From: Shigella phage Sfk20
Sequence record: MW341595
Strand: one strand, 5' to 3'
DNA: 64,000 nucleotides
Position 1 is the stretch's first letter. Each line of letters opens with the position of its first letter. The translations under genes were made by a program, and so were the position numbers. A model generated the notes under the pieces. That model was not told the DNA's origin. It saw only the letters and a list, made by a program, of their open reading frames with translations, and did not search any database. Shown here one piece after another: positions 1 to 10,435 of this stretch.

Positions 1-120
1 AAATTCATTTTCAGCTTTTTCCTTAAAAGAATCAGCAGCAGATTGGACAGCTGTCCAATCTTTTGAATACCAAGCAACTTGATGCTCGTTTAATTGAATA
101 TCATCTTCAAATAAGCTCAT
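1..120 (-). CDS. 62: clamp loader small subunit gp62, N-terminal fragment (gene continues past window start)
   Basis: Reverse-strand translation from ATG at 118-120 reads [40 protein letters not shown], matching recalled T4 gp62 N-terminus; sits directly downstream of gene 44 as in T4. Confidence 0.75.
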   Translation of the reverse strand, partial: MSLFEDDIQLNEHQVAWYSKDWTAVQSAADSFKEKAENEF

Positions 121-121
121 A

Positions 122-1081
122 TCACTTCCACTGCATTTCGCATGCTAATTGAATGAAAAGATATGCTAAATGTAATTCCGTATTAGCCGCAATTCCATGA
201 TACTGGTTATTTTCACCAACAATTTCATACATACGAATAATACTTTGCGGAGTTACGCGTGTATAGATTTCTTCGGCAAGTTTACCAACGAACCACGAAT
301 AATCAGCTGCATATTTTGGCGCTAAAGCTCTGAGCTGTTTAACATCTTTATTTTTGAGAGATTCAAGAACATCATCAATAGCACCACGATCGTTAGTAAC
401 CAGTGATAAAATACCAGCATCCAAAACACCTTTAGATGAATAACTATCGAGCTCACCAATAGTTTTACGAAAATCAGGAAAATTCTTTTTAACCAAAGCT
501 GCTACAACTTTCATATCAGCTATAGCAATTCCTTCATGCTTGCAGATTTCAGTCAATCGACGAATCATCTGCTTCATCATTTCAATTTTATCTTCATCGG
601 TCGGTTGACCGAATGTAATAACTCGGCAGCGTGACTGAAGCGGTTTAATAATACCATCAATATTGTTAGCAGTAATAATAATACTGCAGTTTGAACTATA
701 AGCTTCCATAAAGGAACGAAGATGTCGCTGAGACTCTGCTAACCCTGAGCGGTCAAATTCATCAATAACGATTACTTTTTGACGACCATCAAATGAAGCT
801 GCACTAGCAAAATTAGTCAAAGGACCACGAACGAAATCAATTTTACAGTCTGATCCATTCACAAACATCATATCAGCATTTACATCATGACACAATGCTT
901 TTGCTACAGTTGTTTTACCTGTTCCTGGAGAAGGAGAATGAAGAATAATATGTGGAATTTTACCTTTACTTGTAATAGATTTAAAGGTTTCTTTATCAAA
1001 GGCGGGAAGAATACATTCATCGATAGTAGATGGACGATATTTCTGTTCAAGAATGTGTTCTTTTTCATTTACAGTAATCAT
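122..1081 (-). CDS. 44: clamp loader large subunit gp44 (AAA+ ATPase)
   Basis: Walker [11 protein letters not shown], Walker [12 protein letters not shown] motif; near-identical to recalled T4 gp44; true ATG at 1079-1081 (MITVNEKEH), the longer track ORF starts at a TTG. Confidence 0.93.
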   Translation of the reverse strand: MITVNEKEHILEQKYRPSTIDECILPAFDKETFKSITSKGKIPHIILHSPSPGTGKTTVAKALCHDVNADMMFVNGSDCKIDFVRGPLTNFASAASFDGRQKVIVIDEFDRSGLAESQRHLRSFMEAYSSNCSIIITANNIDGIIKPLQSRCRVITFGQPTDEDKIEMMKQMIRRLTEICKHEGIAIADMKVVAALVKKNFPDFRKTIGELDSYSSKGVLDAGILSLVTNDRGAIDDVLESLKNKDVKQLRALAPKYAADYSWFVGKLAEEIYTRVTPQSIIRMYEIVGENNQYHGIAANTELHLAYLFIQLACEMQWK

Positions 1082-1112
1082 AATTTCCTCATTCAAGTTT
1101 TAGTGTAAATTT

Positions 1113-1128
1113 AAGGGCCGAAGCCCTT
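1113..1128 (-). terminator. C(UUCG)G tetraloop hairpin 3-prime of gene 45
   Basis: Minus-strand RNA AAGGGC-UUCG-GCCCUU just after stop codon. Confidence 0.5.
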
Positions 1129-1130
1129 TA

Positions 1131-1817
1131 TTAAAAGTCGTGGGTAGAATCAGCTTCAAGAGCTACTACATAATTCGCGTGTTCACCTTCAAATTTAGCA
1201 GCACCTTGTTTACCTTTTGCCCAGAGCAGAAGTTTATAATTTCCTGGTTGCATTTTCATATTTGCCATGTTGATAATGAAATTAAATGTATTTTCACCAT
1301 CATAATCACCAAGAGTCAAAGAATATTTAACACGGGTCAAAGCAGAATCTTCTACTTTATTAAAACCGTTAATTACGATTTTACCTTCTTTTACTGTGAT
1401 AGCAATTGTATCAATCTGCAGACCACGAGATACACGCAACAGCTGTTGAAGGTCTTCAGCTTTAATTTCAGTAACAACAGATGCTACCGGGAATGGAATT
1501 GGTTTATTAGGAGCAACTACTGTGCTCGGATCGGCTGCTGGCCAAAAAATTGTTGAACGAGCATCAGCAATTTTAATATTTCCATCTTCTGACTGGGAAA
1601 TTTCTGCATCGTCATTAACTAGGGACAGAATACCGAGAAAACCGTTCAAATCGTAAATTGCTACATCAAAATCAATAGTGTCAGAAATATTTGCTTCCGC
1701 ATAAGTTGTACCATTAACTGCGCGAGTCATAATAAATTGACCAGATTTAAGCATAATACCAGAGTTAATAGTAGCGAAATTTTTAAGCAGAGCAGTAGTA
1801 TCTTTAGACAGTTTCAT
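1131..1817 (-). CDS. 45: sliding clamp gp45
   Basis: 228 aa, sequence matches recalled T4 gp45; position between 44 and rpbA. Confidence 0.93.
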   Translation of the reverse strand: MKLSKDTTALLKNFATINSGIMLKSGQFIMTRAVNGTTYAEANISDTIDFDVAIYDLNGFLGILSLVNDDAEISQSEDGNIKIADARSTIFWPAADPSTVVAPNKPIPFPVASVVTEIKAEDLQQLLRVSRGLQIDTIAITVKEGKIVINGFNKVEDSALTRVKYSLTLGDYDGENTFNFIINMANMKMQPGNYKLLLWAKGKQGAAKFEGEHANYVVALEADSTHDF

Positions 1818-1872
1818 GTAATTTCCTTCAATTCAAATGAGATTTAATTTTATAACTAATTTAATAAAGCAA

Positions 1873-2262
1873 TTAACGATTAAAATCGGCAGCAATTGTT
1901 TCCGCGACAATTTGAGCAGCAACAATTAGACGTTCATCTGCATTACCGCAATAATCATCTTCAAGGCGTTCACCACATGAAGTCATAATAAATTTAGCAC
2001 CAGCATTTAAAGATTCTGTCGTATGTTTGCGCATTAGTTCAATCCATTTATTACTTACTTCACGATCGATAGCTTCATAATACGCATGACGAGCAGGTGC
2101 AGATTTAATTTTGTTCTGAATAACTTCCATCGCGTTATCAGAAAGAGACAAAACCCATGCTCGACGAATTTTATTTTGGTTTTGTGGATTTGAATCAGAA
2201 CGCACGTGTTTTGGCTGAATATCTTTTACATCAACAGTATAATTCACAGTAATTTTAGTCAT
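1873..2262 (-). CDS. rpbA: RNA polymerase binding protein RpbA
   Basis: 129 aa ORF in the T4 rpbA position between genes 45 and 46. Confidence 0.7.
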   Translation of the reverse strand: MTKITVNYTVDVKDIQPKHVRSDSNPQNQNKIRRAWVLSLSDNAMEVIQNKIKSAPARHAYYEAIDREVSNKWIELMRKHTTESLNAGAKFIMTSCGERLEDDYCGNADERLIVAAQIVAETIAADFNR

Positions 2263-2271
2263 AATACACCT

Positions 2272-2460
2272 TTAGTCATAATAATCAGTAACAGTCCAAG
2301 CTTCATTTCTGTTGGACATTATTTTCGTATATTCTGCTTTAAATGCATTCTTAAGCATAGATTCAGTAACTATATGCTCTTCATTAGAAAAATTATTTCT
2401 CAGAATATATCGTTTTATTTCAGGAATAGTTAATAGATGCTGTCCAGTTGAATATTCCAT
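2272..2460 (-). CDS. hypothetical protein (T4 45.2 position)
   Basis: 62 aa ORF, tight spacing with neighbours. Confidence 0.5.
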   Translation of the reverse strand: MEYSTGQHLLTIPEIKRYILRNNFSNEEHIVTESMLKNAFKAEYTKIMSNRNEAWTVTDYYD

Positions 2461-2515
2461 GTTTTTCCTCCATAGAGATTATACTCTAATAAATTAAAGC
2501 ATAATCTCTTATAAA

Positions 2516-4198
2516 TTAAACCATTACAGTAAATCGACCAACTTTCTTCATTTGAAGATGCTGACCATATGCTTGCGGGTCGTGGTCTCTATGTGAAATA
2601 ACAAAAACATTAGTATTTTTTAAACTATCTAAAATAGTTGAAATAGCTTTTACACCTTCAACATCAGTTGCTGAATCAAAAACTTCATCGAGAATTAGTG
2701 TGTTTATTTTAACACCTGAAACTTTTTCAGCAATATCACGCCAAGTAAATAGAAGAGCAATATCAATTCGTGCTTTTTCGCCTTGACTAAATGAAGCATA
2801 ACTAAAATCTTCGCGACCGCGGGATTTAATTGTCTCATTAAATTCTTCATCTAATGTAAACACATAATCCGCTTCCATTATTTTAAGATAATGGTTAATC
2901 TGCTTATTAAATAATGGAATGTACTTTTTAATAATAGCACCTTTAATACCAGAATCTTTGAGCATATCAGTCAAAATTCCTCTGTGGTATTTTTCCATTA
3001 CTAAATTAGTTTTTGTCTTAACAATTTTATCAAGTTCTTCTTGAAGCAGTGCTATTTCATCAGCATGGTCAATAAACTCAGATGATGCTTTTTCTATAGC
3101 TGCTTTAACTTTTTTAGCTTTATCTACAGTCGTGATTAGAGATTGCTTTTTATTGCGAATATCATTCGCCAACGTCTGTTGGGTTTTAATATTATCTCGG
3201 TATTCATCAACGAGAACTTTTAAATTATCACGATGTGTTGAAAGCTGTTCAAACGAATGCGTGCATTCAGAAACTTTATCTTTAATTTTAGAAACAACTT
3301 TATCGCCGGAACTTAATTGTGACAAACAGGTTGGACATAATCCACCTTCGTGATACATATTAATGACTTTATTATATGAGTCAATTTTTGATTTAATTAA
3401 AAATGCTTCTTGACCAATTTTATTAAATGCATCAGTCGGGTCTTCATCCAAAACAATATTAACTAATCTTTCATTAGCTTCTTCTATTTCCGATTTTAGC
3501 GTTCTAGCTTCTTTTGCCAAATCATCATACATATTCTGTAGACGAGTAAGGTTATCACCAGTTAATTTTTTCTGGCGTTCAACGTTATCATTATATATTT
3601 TAATTTGTTGGATAATACTATCTTTTTTAACATCAAGCACTTGGTTTTGTGAATTCAATTCACGTATTAGTGCTTTATTAAGCTTATCCATTTCAGCTAA
3701 TGTTCCTACCTCGAGCAGGTCTTCGACGAGTTTTCTTCTTGCAGGAGTGGATAGGCCCATAAAAGGGGTATATCCAGCCGTGCCGAGTACGACGATCTGT
3801 TTGAAACTGGCATATGACATTCCGATAAGCTGTTCAAATTCTGCTTGGAAATCTTTACTGCTGGCAGATTCATTAAGACGTGTACCGTTAACGGTGATTT
3901 CGAAAACGTTTGGTTTTTGTCCTCTTTTGATATAGTACTTTTTCTCATCATATTCCATCCACAGTTCAACTAAAAGTTCTTTCTTATTCGTGCTGTTTAT
4001 TAATTGACCTTTCTTTACATCACGAAATGGCTTGCCAAAAAGCCCAAATGTGATGGCTTCTAACATAGTAGACTTACCACCGCCATTTCGCCCAGTAATA
4101 AGAGTTTTTTGAACCTTATCTAGTTGAATGTCAATAGGATTTCCACCTACTGACATTATATTTTGATACCTAACTCGGTTTAGTTTAAAATTCTTCAC
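2516..4198 (-). CDS. 46: recombination endonuclease subunit gp46 (Rad50/SbcC-like ATPase)
   Basis: 560 aa; N-terminal Walker A GRNGGGKST, long central coiled coil with CPTC zinc hook, C-terminal signature/Walker B (LILDEVFD). Confidence 0.93.
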   Translation of the reverse strand: MKNFKLNRVRYQNIMSVGGNPIDIQLDKVQKTLITGRNGGGKSTMLEAITFGLFGKPFRDVKKGQLINSTNKKELLVELWMEYDEKKYYIKRGQKPNVFEITVNGTRLNESASSKDFQAEFEQLIGMSYASFKQIVVLGTAGYTPFMGLSTPARRKLVEDLLEVGTLAEMDKLNKALIRELNSQNQVLDVKKDSIIQQIKIYNDNVERQKKLTGDNLTRLQNMYDDLAKEARTLKSEIEEANERLVNIVLDEDPTDAFNKIGQEAFLIKSKIDSYNKVINMYHEGGLCPTCLSQLSSGDKVVSKIKDKVSECTHSFEQLSTHRDNLKVLVDEYRDNIKTQQTLANDIRNKKQSLITTVDKAKKVKAAIEKASSEFIDHADEIALLQEELDKIVKTKTNLVMEKYHRGILTDMLKDSGIKGAIIKKYIPLFNKQINHYLKIMEADYVFTLDEEFNETIKSRGREDFSYASFSQGEKARIDIALLFTWRDIAEKVSGVKINTLILDEVFDSATDVEGVKAISTILDSLKNTNVFVISHRDHDPQAYGQHLQMKKVGRFTVMV

Positions 4199-4458
4199 AA
4201 AAGATTCCTTTTAATGTATCTTTTAGACCATTCTATCATATCATCATAATCTAAAAAGTATTCATCAAATTCAGCCATGCAAACAACACCTTGTGCTGCT
4301 TTTGATGTGATATAAATTATTCCAACATATCTAGAATCTTCTTCGGTGTAATCAATATTTGCTATGAATTCATCGTTAATGTCAAATGTCGAAAACTTCA
4401 CAGTATGCATCCTTAATACAAGATACAGCCATATCTTGTAATGATTTAGGTGTGTCAT
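4195..4458 (-). CDS. hypothetical protein
   Basis: 87 aa ORF overlapping next ORF; true start probably internal (possible ATG at 4408-4410). Confidence 0.45.
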   Translation of the reverse strand: MTHLNHYKIWLYLVLRMHTVKFSTFDINDEFIANIDYTEEDSRYVGIIYITSKAAQGVVCMAEFDEYFLDYDDMIEWSKRYIKRNLL

Positions 4459-4645
4459 TATCTAAAATGTTGAAGTTAAAAGATACAGCCCAGTCAGTGC
4501 AGACCGTAACCTTTTTAATACAATTATCTTCAACCTCTAGCGGTTCAAACCAATATTCAATAATTTCTTTATGCCCAATATCATCTTTTACTTCGCATTC
4601 AAAATGCTGACTCATCATAACATTTTTAAATTCATCAAAAGTCAT
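4382..4645 (-). CDS. hypothetical protein
   Basis: 87 aa acidic ORF immediately downstream of gene 47. Confidence 0.5.
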   Translation of the reverse strand: MTFDEFKNVMMSQHFECEVKDDIGHKEIIEYWFEPLEVEDNCIKKVTVCTDWAVSFNFNILDNDTPKSLQDMAVSCIKDAYCEVFDI

Positions 4646-5661
4646 TGTGTTGCCTCTACATATAACTGATTTGCATATTGAATAAGTGCTTCGCGATCAG
4701 AATCAGTGATGTCTGGAATTGCATTAATGTATTCTTCCATCAATGTCTGGAGAGATTGAACTTCAACTTCTTCACTATCATCTGACTCGACAGAGTTATC
4801 AATCTTTGACACAACTCGTAATGAATGCACAACTTTTTCTAGTTCAGATTCGAACTTCGTTAGATTTTTGTCTACTTCAGTTACTATAACACGCACTGAT
4901 AGATTTGTAAAATCTTTATAGTCAATTTTTCCCTTAAATGGATATTGAATTCGACGATGCCAGGTAGTGTTGTTTGGAATAAATTCCATTCGTTCTGTTT
5001 CTGTATCAAACATCCAGAACCCACGAGGGTCATTCTCGTCACCCGCAGTTAGTGTCCATGGTGTCCCAATATATCTGACGTTAGCAGCCTCAGAGATAGT
5101 ATGGAAGTGACCAGACCACACCTCTTTATAAGTCTTAAGGAAATCAGGTTCAAGACCGTGAGATTTCATTCCTTTATAAAAATAAAATCCATTCAGTTCC
5201 CAGTGACCAACACAAAAAGAAGCAGATGAAGTTTTGATGTGTTCAAGAATTTCACCAGTATTTTCTTCGCACATCCAAGGAATTAAATCAATCAAACATC
5301 CGTCAAAATCTACTGTAGTAGGCTTATCATATACTTTAACATTAGGATATTTAGCCAAAAGCTCAGTAGAAGCATTTGGAGTTAAAGTATTTTTAAAGTG
5401 CATATCATGGTTTCCTACGACAGTATGTAGGGTAATACCAGCATCATCAAGCATTTGAACTATTTCACGAGCGAACTCCATAGTTTTATGTGTGATTGCT
5501 TTTCGCACATCAAAAATATCGCCGTATTGAATCCATGTAGTAATTCCGTTTTTCTTAGAATATTCTATTGCTTGTTTAATTCCATCCAACTGAATGGATT
5601 GAACCCACTCATCATCGGCTTTAACACCTAAATGCCAATCACCTAAATTTAAAATTTTCAT
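4642..5661 (-). CDS. 47: recombination nuclease gp47 (Mre11-like phosphoesterase)
   Basis: 339 aa; calcineurin-like motifs (LGDWHLG, GDIFD, GNHD, GHWE/GHFH). Confidence 0.93.
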   Translation of the reverse strand: MKILNLGDWHLGVKADDEWVQSIQLDGIKQAIEYSKKNGITTWIQYGDIFDVRKAITHKTMEFAREIVQMLDDAGITLHTVVGNHDMHFKNTLTPNASTELLAKYPNVKVYDKPTTVDFDGCLIDLIPWMCEENTGEILEHIKTSSASFCVGHWELNGFYFYKGMKSHGLEPDFLKTYKEVWSGHFHTISEAANVRYIGTPWTLTAGDENDPRGFWMFDTETERMEFIPNNTTWHRRIQYPFKGKIDYKDFTNLSVRVIVTEVDKNLTKFESELEKVVHSLRVVSKIDNSVESDDSEEVEVQSLQTLMEEYINAIPDITDSDREALIQYANQLYVEATQ

Positions 5662-5821
5662 ATATCAAGAACCGTCATTGAAATGCAAAATAAAATTATT
5701 GAAATAAATCCATCTGGAGTGCTAAAGAACCCAATCCAACATGCTCTAGTGAATAGATAAAACGCGAGAAAAAGTATCACATATCCAAGAAATATCATTA
5801 TATCAAACTCCGTATAAAGCT

Positions 5822-5839
5822 AAAGGGCCGAAGCCCTTT
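5822..5839 (-). terminator. C(UUCG)G tetraloop hairpin 3-prime of a-gt
   Basis: AAAGGGC-UUCG-GCCCUUU directly after stop. Confidence 0.5.
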
Positions 5840-7040
5840 ATTTTGTAATAATGTCAAACTGTTCTTTAAAGCAGAAGCTTGAATCTTGATGCTGATACAA
5901 AAATTCATAAGCTTTTTCGCGTTCACGGTCATAAAGATTTCGGTCAGATGACAGTTCTTTAATACGCTCAAATGTTGATTCCATGTCATTTTCATCAAAC
6001 CAAACGATACCGCTATCATGAGAAATTAACGGAGTATTATCAACACGGAATTTTAAATTTTCGCCAGTAGATTTCCAAAATACTGGAATTGTTCCACATG
6101 CACCAAGCTCGAGATGAGTATATTCTAAAGAACGTTGTAGATATTTTTTATCCAACTTACTCAGCTGATAACCAAATCCGGATTTACTCATGCGTTCAAG
6201 CATTTCGCTATTTACATAACGGTCAAGAATTTGCGTTGGCAAATTAGGAGCAATTTTAATTTGGTCTACTTGATGAAGACGATAATACTCATATGGAATT
6301 CCTTTTTCTTTAATAGGAATGAACGCAGGAGAACGTTCCAGACCTTCCATAATAGTACTTAGCCCAGCAGGTTTAAGATGTTTTTCGTGAAAATCAAACA
6401 TCTGATAAAAACCTTTCCATGTAGTCGTACGACCAATCCAACGGTTGACATTCATGTTAATTTCAGAAACATCTTTCCAGTAGGTTGATCGAACTTTCGC
6501 AATATCCATAGGAGGCTGAAAGTTGTATACGGTCGGTGCTTCTTCAATATCATCAAACAGAGAAACGGTTTCTGGATACCATTCTTTCATCAGAACTTTA
6601 TTAAAATCACCATTATCAGAATGACTAAAAATAACATCTGCTCGACGAACAGTTTCTTCTAATCCCAAATTTCGGCGCAAAGAAAGAGAAGAATGGTCAT
6701 GTTGATAAACTACAACACGAACCGAAGGTTTAATGTTATCAATAATTTTTTTATAGTTATTAATAGTGTCTTCTTCGACTGAAGTAGCAGGAACTGAATT
6801 GATAATTAGAATATCACAATCATTTACCAGCTTAAGTGTTTTATCGTATTCTTTTGCCAATAAAACCGGAATTGAAAATGATTTATAATCATGCGCGCAA
6901 TTACGGGTAAATGATTTATCTTTAGCATAAACCAAAGTTACTTCATGACCATTTTTAATAAACCAATCACGCTGCTCGAGAGAAAATTTAGTTACGCCGC
7001 AACCTTCAAGACCTCGAGCCATAAAAATGCATACTTTCAT
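5838..7040 (-). CDS. a-gt: DNA alpha-glucosyltransferase
   Basis: 400 aa ORF in the a-gt position after gene 47; sequence consistent with recalled T4 alpha-glucosyltransferase. Confidence 0.85.
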   Translation of the reverse strand: MKVCIFMARGLEGCGVTKFSLEQRDWFIKNGHEVTLVYAKDKSFTRNCAHDYKSFSIPVLLAKEYDKTLKLVNDCDILIINSVPATSVEEDTINNYKKIIDNIKPSVRVVVYQHDHSSLSLRRNLGLEETVRRADVIFSHSDNGDFNKVLMKEWYPETVSLFDDIEEAPTVYNFQPPMDIAKVRSTYWKDVSEINMNVNRWIGRTTTWKGFYQMFDFHEKHLKPAGLSTIMEGLERSPAFIPIKEKGIPYEYYRLHQVDQIKIAPNLPTQILDRYVNSEMLERMSKSGFGYQLSKLDKKYLQRSLEYTHLELGACGTIPVFWKSTGENLKFRVDNTPLISHDSGIVWFDENDMESTFERIKELSSDRNLYDREREKAYEFLYQHQDSSFCFKEQFDIITK

Positions 7041-7090
7041 TTAATATCCTCATTGTTTTGGTTTATTTTACCAAAAATTTATAAAGCAAT

Positions 7091-7110
7091 ATAGGAGCCG
7101 AAGCTCCTAT
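7091..7110 (-). terminator. C(UUCG)G tetraloop hairpin
   Basis: AUAGGAGC-UUCG-GCUCCUAU after small ORF stop. Confidence 0.45.
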
Positions 7111-7280
7111 CCGCATAATACACCATACAGAGGCTCATTAGAGCTTCTAAATTTTATACGCTTATATGTTATAGTTCCTTCTGCTTTAGCTTTATCATGA
7201 GACTCTTTAAAGCGTCTCATCATTTCTGCTTTAGAGGAACGAATTTTATTATAATCTATTTCAGAAGTCTGGGTGTTCAT
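7107..7280 (-). CDS. hypothetical small protein (57 aa, below ORF-track cutoff)
   Basis: ATG at 7278-7280, reads MNTQTSEIDYNKIRSSKAEMMRRFKESHDKAKAEGTITYKRIKFRSSNEPLYGVLCG; stop followed at once by a UUCG hairpin. Confidence 0.35.
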   Translation of the reverse strand: MNTQTSEIDYNKIRSSKAEMMRRFKESHDKAKAEGTITYKRIKFRSSNEPLYGVLCG

Positions 7281-7283
7281 CTT

Positions 7284-7490
7284 TCACAGTTGCCACCATT
7301 TTTTGACTTGATAGGAATCAACCCACACTTTCATATTAGGGTCTGCTCTTACAATAGGAGGATTAACTTCTTTAATTGAACTATCATGGTATTCTTTTTC
7401 AGAAATTTTCACACAAAGATGACCGTTCAAAGATTCAGTAAATCCTGCATTAATTTTAAGACGCTTGAATTTTACGTGTGTAAGCATCAA
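7284..7490 (-). CDS. hypothetical protein
   Basis: 68 aa ORF. Confidence 0.4.
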   Translation of the reverse strand: MMLTHVKFKRLKINAGFTESLNGHLCVKISEKEYHDSSIKEVNPPIVRADPNMKVWVDSYQVKKWWQL

Positions 7491-7773
7491 TCATATCCTC
7501 AATCTGCGATCTAGTAGTCTTCCAAAGAATACTAATGAGTTCATCGTTATATGGCTGTTTTAGAATATCCCGACTTTTCTTGATAGCATATTCGTATTGA
7601 GCAAAATTATTGTTTTCAGCTGCAATCTGAGCGTGTTTATAAAGACGGTTCAGTTCGCGTTTGTTTTTAGACAATAACTTATTTGCTTTTCTTTCTGCTT
7701 CAAGACGGTTCTTTTCTTCAATAGAAGAAATAAGCTTTTCCACTTCATCATTAATTTCGGGTTTATCAGTCAT
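7456..7773 (-). CDS. hypothetical protein
   Basis: 105 aa ORF. Confidence 0.5.
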   Translation of the reverse strand: MTDKPEINDEVEKLISSIEEKNRLEAERKANKLLSKNKRELNRLYKHAQIAAENNNFAQYEYAIKKSRDILKQPYNDELISILWKTTRSQIEDMIDAYTRKIQAS

Positions 7774-7774
7774 A

Positions 7775-7993
7775 TTATTTCTCTAATATAAAATAAAAAT
7801 CATCATCTGTTAAATGATACCGATAGTTTAATTCTACACCATTAGATTTAAAAGCGGTATCGTACGGATTTTCTGGATCAATATCAATGTCAAGAGCTAA
7901 AACTTCCCTGAGATACATTTTAAGTAAATAGGGAATAGCTTCAACTTCAGGTATTTCTTCCAAGAATCCGGAGAGGTTAATCGTTAGCCTCAT
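7775..7993 (-). CDS. hypothetical protein
   Basis: 72 aa acidic ORF directly downstream of gene 55. Confidence 0.5.
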
Positions 7994-8534
7994 ATAAAAA
8001 ATCCAAACTAGGAGAATCGTCTACAACACTTTTCTTTTCAGCCCCCGGTGTTCTATAGGTTGATTCTTCGTAATGCGTCATTTTATCGTAGATGTCTTGA
8101 ATAAAAGTTTCATCTACTAACGCAACCATATCGTCGTCACGACTGTCATAGACATTGTGAACGAAGTAACTGTATTTCTTTGCAACTTCCTTACGTTCTT
8201 TTTTAATACGTTGGACGAATGCATTAAAACAAGCTTGAGTTATATATGCATGCGGGTTTTTATATTTCGTTTCATCAAAATTATGAAGCCCCTTAATAGA
8301 AGCTTCTATACCATCTGCAATCATTTCTTGTTTCCAGGATTGGGTGTATCCTGAAAAGTTGAAACGTTTAGATAAGCCTTCTGCAATAAGCATAATGGCT
8401 AATCCGATAGTATCATTCTGACGAACTACTTTATTTGGGTCTTTATTATTTGCTAATTCTGTTTTCCAATCAATAATAGCTTGTAAAAGCTCTTTATTGT
8501 TTACGTAATTATATTTAGGCTTAGTTTCTGACAT
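7977..8534 (-). CDS. 55: late-transcription sigma factor gp55
   Basis: 185 aa from ATG at 8532-8534 ([23 protein letters not shown]); matches recalled T4 gp55. Confidence 0.93.
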
Positions 8535-8612
8535 TTTCACCTCTTAGCTCAATTCATAGATCTATTATATCATAATATTTGAAGATCTATCTTAAAGCAT
8601 AGAGGATATCAG

Positions 8613-8882
8613 TTATCTAAGTAAGCAGTATGCTTGGAACACTTTCTCCATCATCTTTTTAAATTCATGAATATCTATGTAATGACTAGTTAAATCAGCG
8701 TGATATAAAAAGTCTAAAAACTTTTCATGCGTGCTAACATATTCACTTTCATTTAATTCAGAAACATGGCTTTCCCAATATCCAACACCAGTCTTATTTG
8801 GGAAAAATGAAATTTTCATGTATTGATCAACATAGAAAATGCCATAATTTTCAATAGTAATAGAAATATTAATAAATTTCAT
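8613..8882 (-). CDS. hypothetical protein
   Basis: 89 aa ORF. Confidence 0.5.
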   Translation of the reverse strand: MKFINISITIENYGIFYVDQYMKISFFPNKTGVGYWESHVSELNESEYVSTHEKFLDFLYHADLTSHYIDIHEFKKMMEKVFQAYCLLR

Positions 8883-9100
8883 GCATTCATCAACTTAGCC
8901 GCTTCAAGAGCTGCATCTAGTGAATCAAACTGGTCAACGTATTCAATCAATTCGCCATAATTAGCGTATAACCACCATTGGCTAAATTCATACTCAAGGA
9001 TGAATCCATTTCCTTCAATTTGAGTTAAACCAATGCCATTTGTATTTACTTCATATCCGGCAAGACGTAAATCGTTAATAAGAGCTTCGTTCATATTCAT
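8879..9100 (-). CDS. hypothetical protein
   Basis: 73 aa ORF, 4-nt overlap with neighbours. Confidence 0.5.
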   Translation of the reverse strand: MNMNEALINDLRLAGYEVNTNGIGLTQIEGNGFILEYEFSQWWLYANYGELIEYVDQFDSLDAALEAAKLMNA

Positions 9101-9423
9101 ACCTTAGCAATTTTCAGATCAGCAAATTTTTTCTTGCGTTGATTTTTCATACGACGAATAGTTTTATCAGAAATTTCATGCTTTTGATAAGCTTTAGATT
9201 CTACGCCAAAAGCTTTAACATCAAATTCTGACAAGATATATTGAACCAACAATTCACGGACAGTATTGCGACCAATTTTCTGATCATTCTGTTTCATCGT
9301 CTGATGAAGCTCTTTTTCCCATTTATCCAAAATTTGAGGAGTTACAATATTGCCTTTTTCTAGCAAAGAAACTACTTTATCATATGCGTAAGAATTGATG
9401 GCGTTTTTAATTTGAATAGTCAT
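9097..9423 (-). CDS. hypothetical protein
   Basis: 108 aa ORF. Confidence 0.5.
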   Translation of the reverse strand: MTIQIKNAINSYAYDKVVSLLEKGNIVTPQILDKWEKELHQTMKQNDQKIGRNTVRELLVQYILSEFDVKAFGVESKAYQKHEISDKTIRRMKNQRKKKFADLKIAKV

Positions 9424-9462
9424 ACATTATCCTCAATTTCATTAAAATTTTATTATCCAAAA

Positions 9463-9476
9463 AGGGCCGAAGCCCT
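9463..9476 (-). terminator. C(UUCG)G tetraloop hairpin
   Basis: AGGGC-UUCG-GCCCU followed by U-rich tract. Confidence 0.5.
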
Positions 9477-9676
9477 TAGCTAAACTGTTTGGCACCCTTC
9501 CAGCCTTCGTACATCATTGCAGCTGATATTAATATTGCTCCTGCGCATTTTGAATATTTGTGATTCCAAAACCAATTTAGAAAAACTTCGTCATCAATAC
9601 CTTGGGCTATCATATTTTCAAAGAACTGACGACGAGCTTCAGCAATTCGTTGCGATAATTTAGATTCAGGATTCAT
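9476..9676 (-). CDS. hypothetical protein
   Basis: 66 aa ORF, UUCG hairpin directly after stop. Confidence 0.45.
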   Translation of the reverse strand: MNPESKLSQRIAEARRQFFENMIAQGIDDEVFLNWFWNHKYSKCAGAILISAAMMYEGWKGAKQFS

Positions 9677-9892
9677 TTAAATTTTCCAGTTACCATTTTC
9701 ATCAATAAATTTAATCCAATCATTTACTGACCACTTGGTCGTATCGCCTTTTGGAGCAACATTTAAAGTGTATAATCCTTGTTTAAAAAGCATGCGTTTG
9801 ATATTCATATTTTCCTCAGCTGTAACGATAGCACTCGTTTGATTTGCGCTTAGCAACTCGTTGAGAAGTATTATAATCAAAATCATCATCAA
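9677..9892 (-). CDS. hypothetical protein
   Basis: 71 aa ORF. Confidence 0.45.
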   Translation of the reverse strand: MMMILIIILLNELLSANQTSAIVTAEENMNIKRMLFKQGLYTLNVAPKGDTTKWSVNDWIKFIDENGNWKI

Positions 9893-10148
9893 TGTAAACT
9901 GATTTTTTCAACTTTCTTACTTCACCACGTAATTGGCGATTTAGCTCATCTTTAACTTCTGAATCAATGCCTTTCATTCTACGCCATTTATCTGAGCGAA
10001 AAATGTTTTCAACCATATCTTTATGACTTACACCATCAGGAGCTTTACGCTTTCCGAAATAGTCATAATCACGAACTTTCAAGTCTTTACGACGATACGT
10101 TTTACCCATGGAGTTTAATTTCCTTAGCAACTGAACTAAATACAGCAC
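9816..10148 (-). CDS. hypothetical basic protein
   Basis: K/R-rich ORF; likely true start at internal Met (MGKTYRRKD). Confidence 0.45.
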   Translation of the reverse strand: MLYLVQLLRKLNSMGKTYRRKDLKVRDYDYFGKRKAPDGVSHKDMVENIFRSDKWRRMKGIDSEVKDELNRQLRGEVRKLKKSVYIDDDFDYNTSQRVAKRKSNECYRYS

Positions 10149-10304
10149 GATCGCAAATCATCTGTTTATTCCATTTAAGTACAGTATAATGAACATCTAG
10201 ATCATCTACTGCTGTAACAATAACAATATGTCCGTTAACACGATAATACTGATCTCTTTTAATCTCTTTATCAACCATATCAAATCCTCAAAGGCAATTC
10301 ATAT

Positions 10305-10340
10305 GTTAATAATACCACAGTTTGAACTTGTTGTAAACAA
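10305..10340 (-). promoter_or_regulatory. T4-type early (sigma70) promoter
   Basis: Minus-strand GTTTAC -35 with TATTAT-like -10 about 18 nt downstream and A/T-rich UP region; upstream 30 bp near-identical to elements at 42241 and 42571. Confidence 0.5.
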
Positions 10341-10411
10341 CTTTGTGAAAATTATTTTAGGGAATGATAAGAAGGGAACGATAGTTAGAATGGTAATATA
10401 CAGAATGTGAG

Positions 10412-10433
10412 AAAGAAAGGCCCAGAGGGCCCA
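10412..10433 (-). terminator. rho-independent terminator after nrdH
   Basis: GGGCCC-UCU-GGGCC hairpin followed by UUUCUUUCU. Confidence 0.6.
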
Positions 10434-10435
10434 TC

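Noticed and set aside
5798-6019. 73-aa minus-strand ORF overlapping the 3-prime end of a-gt
   Set aside because: Alternative frame within a-gt; a-gt ends at a UUCG hairpin that fits the main frame.
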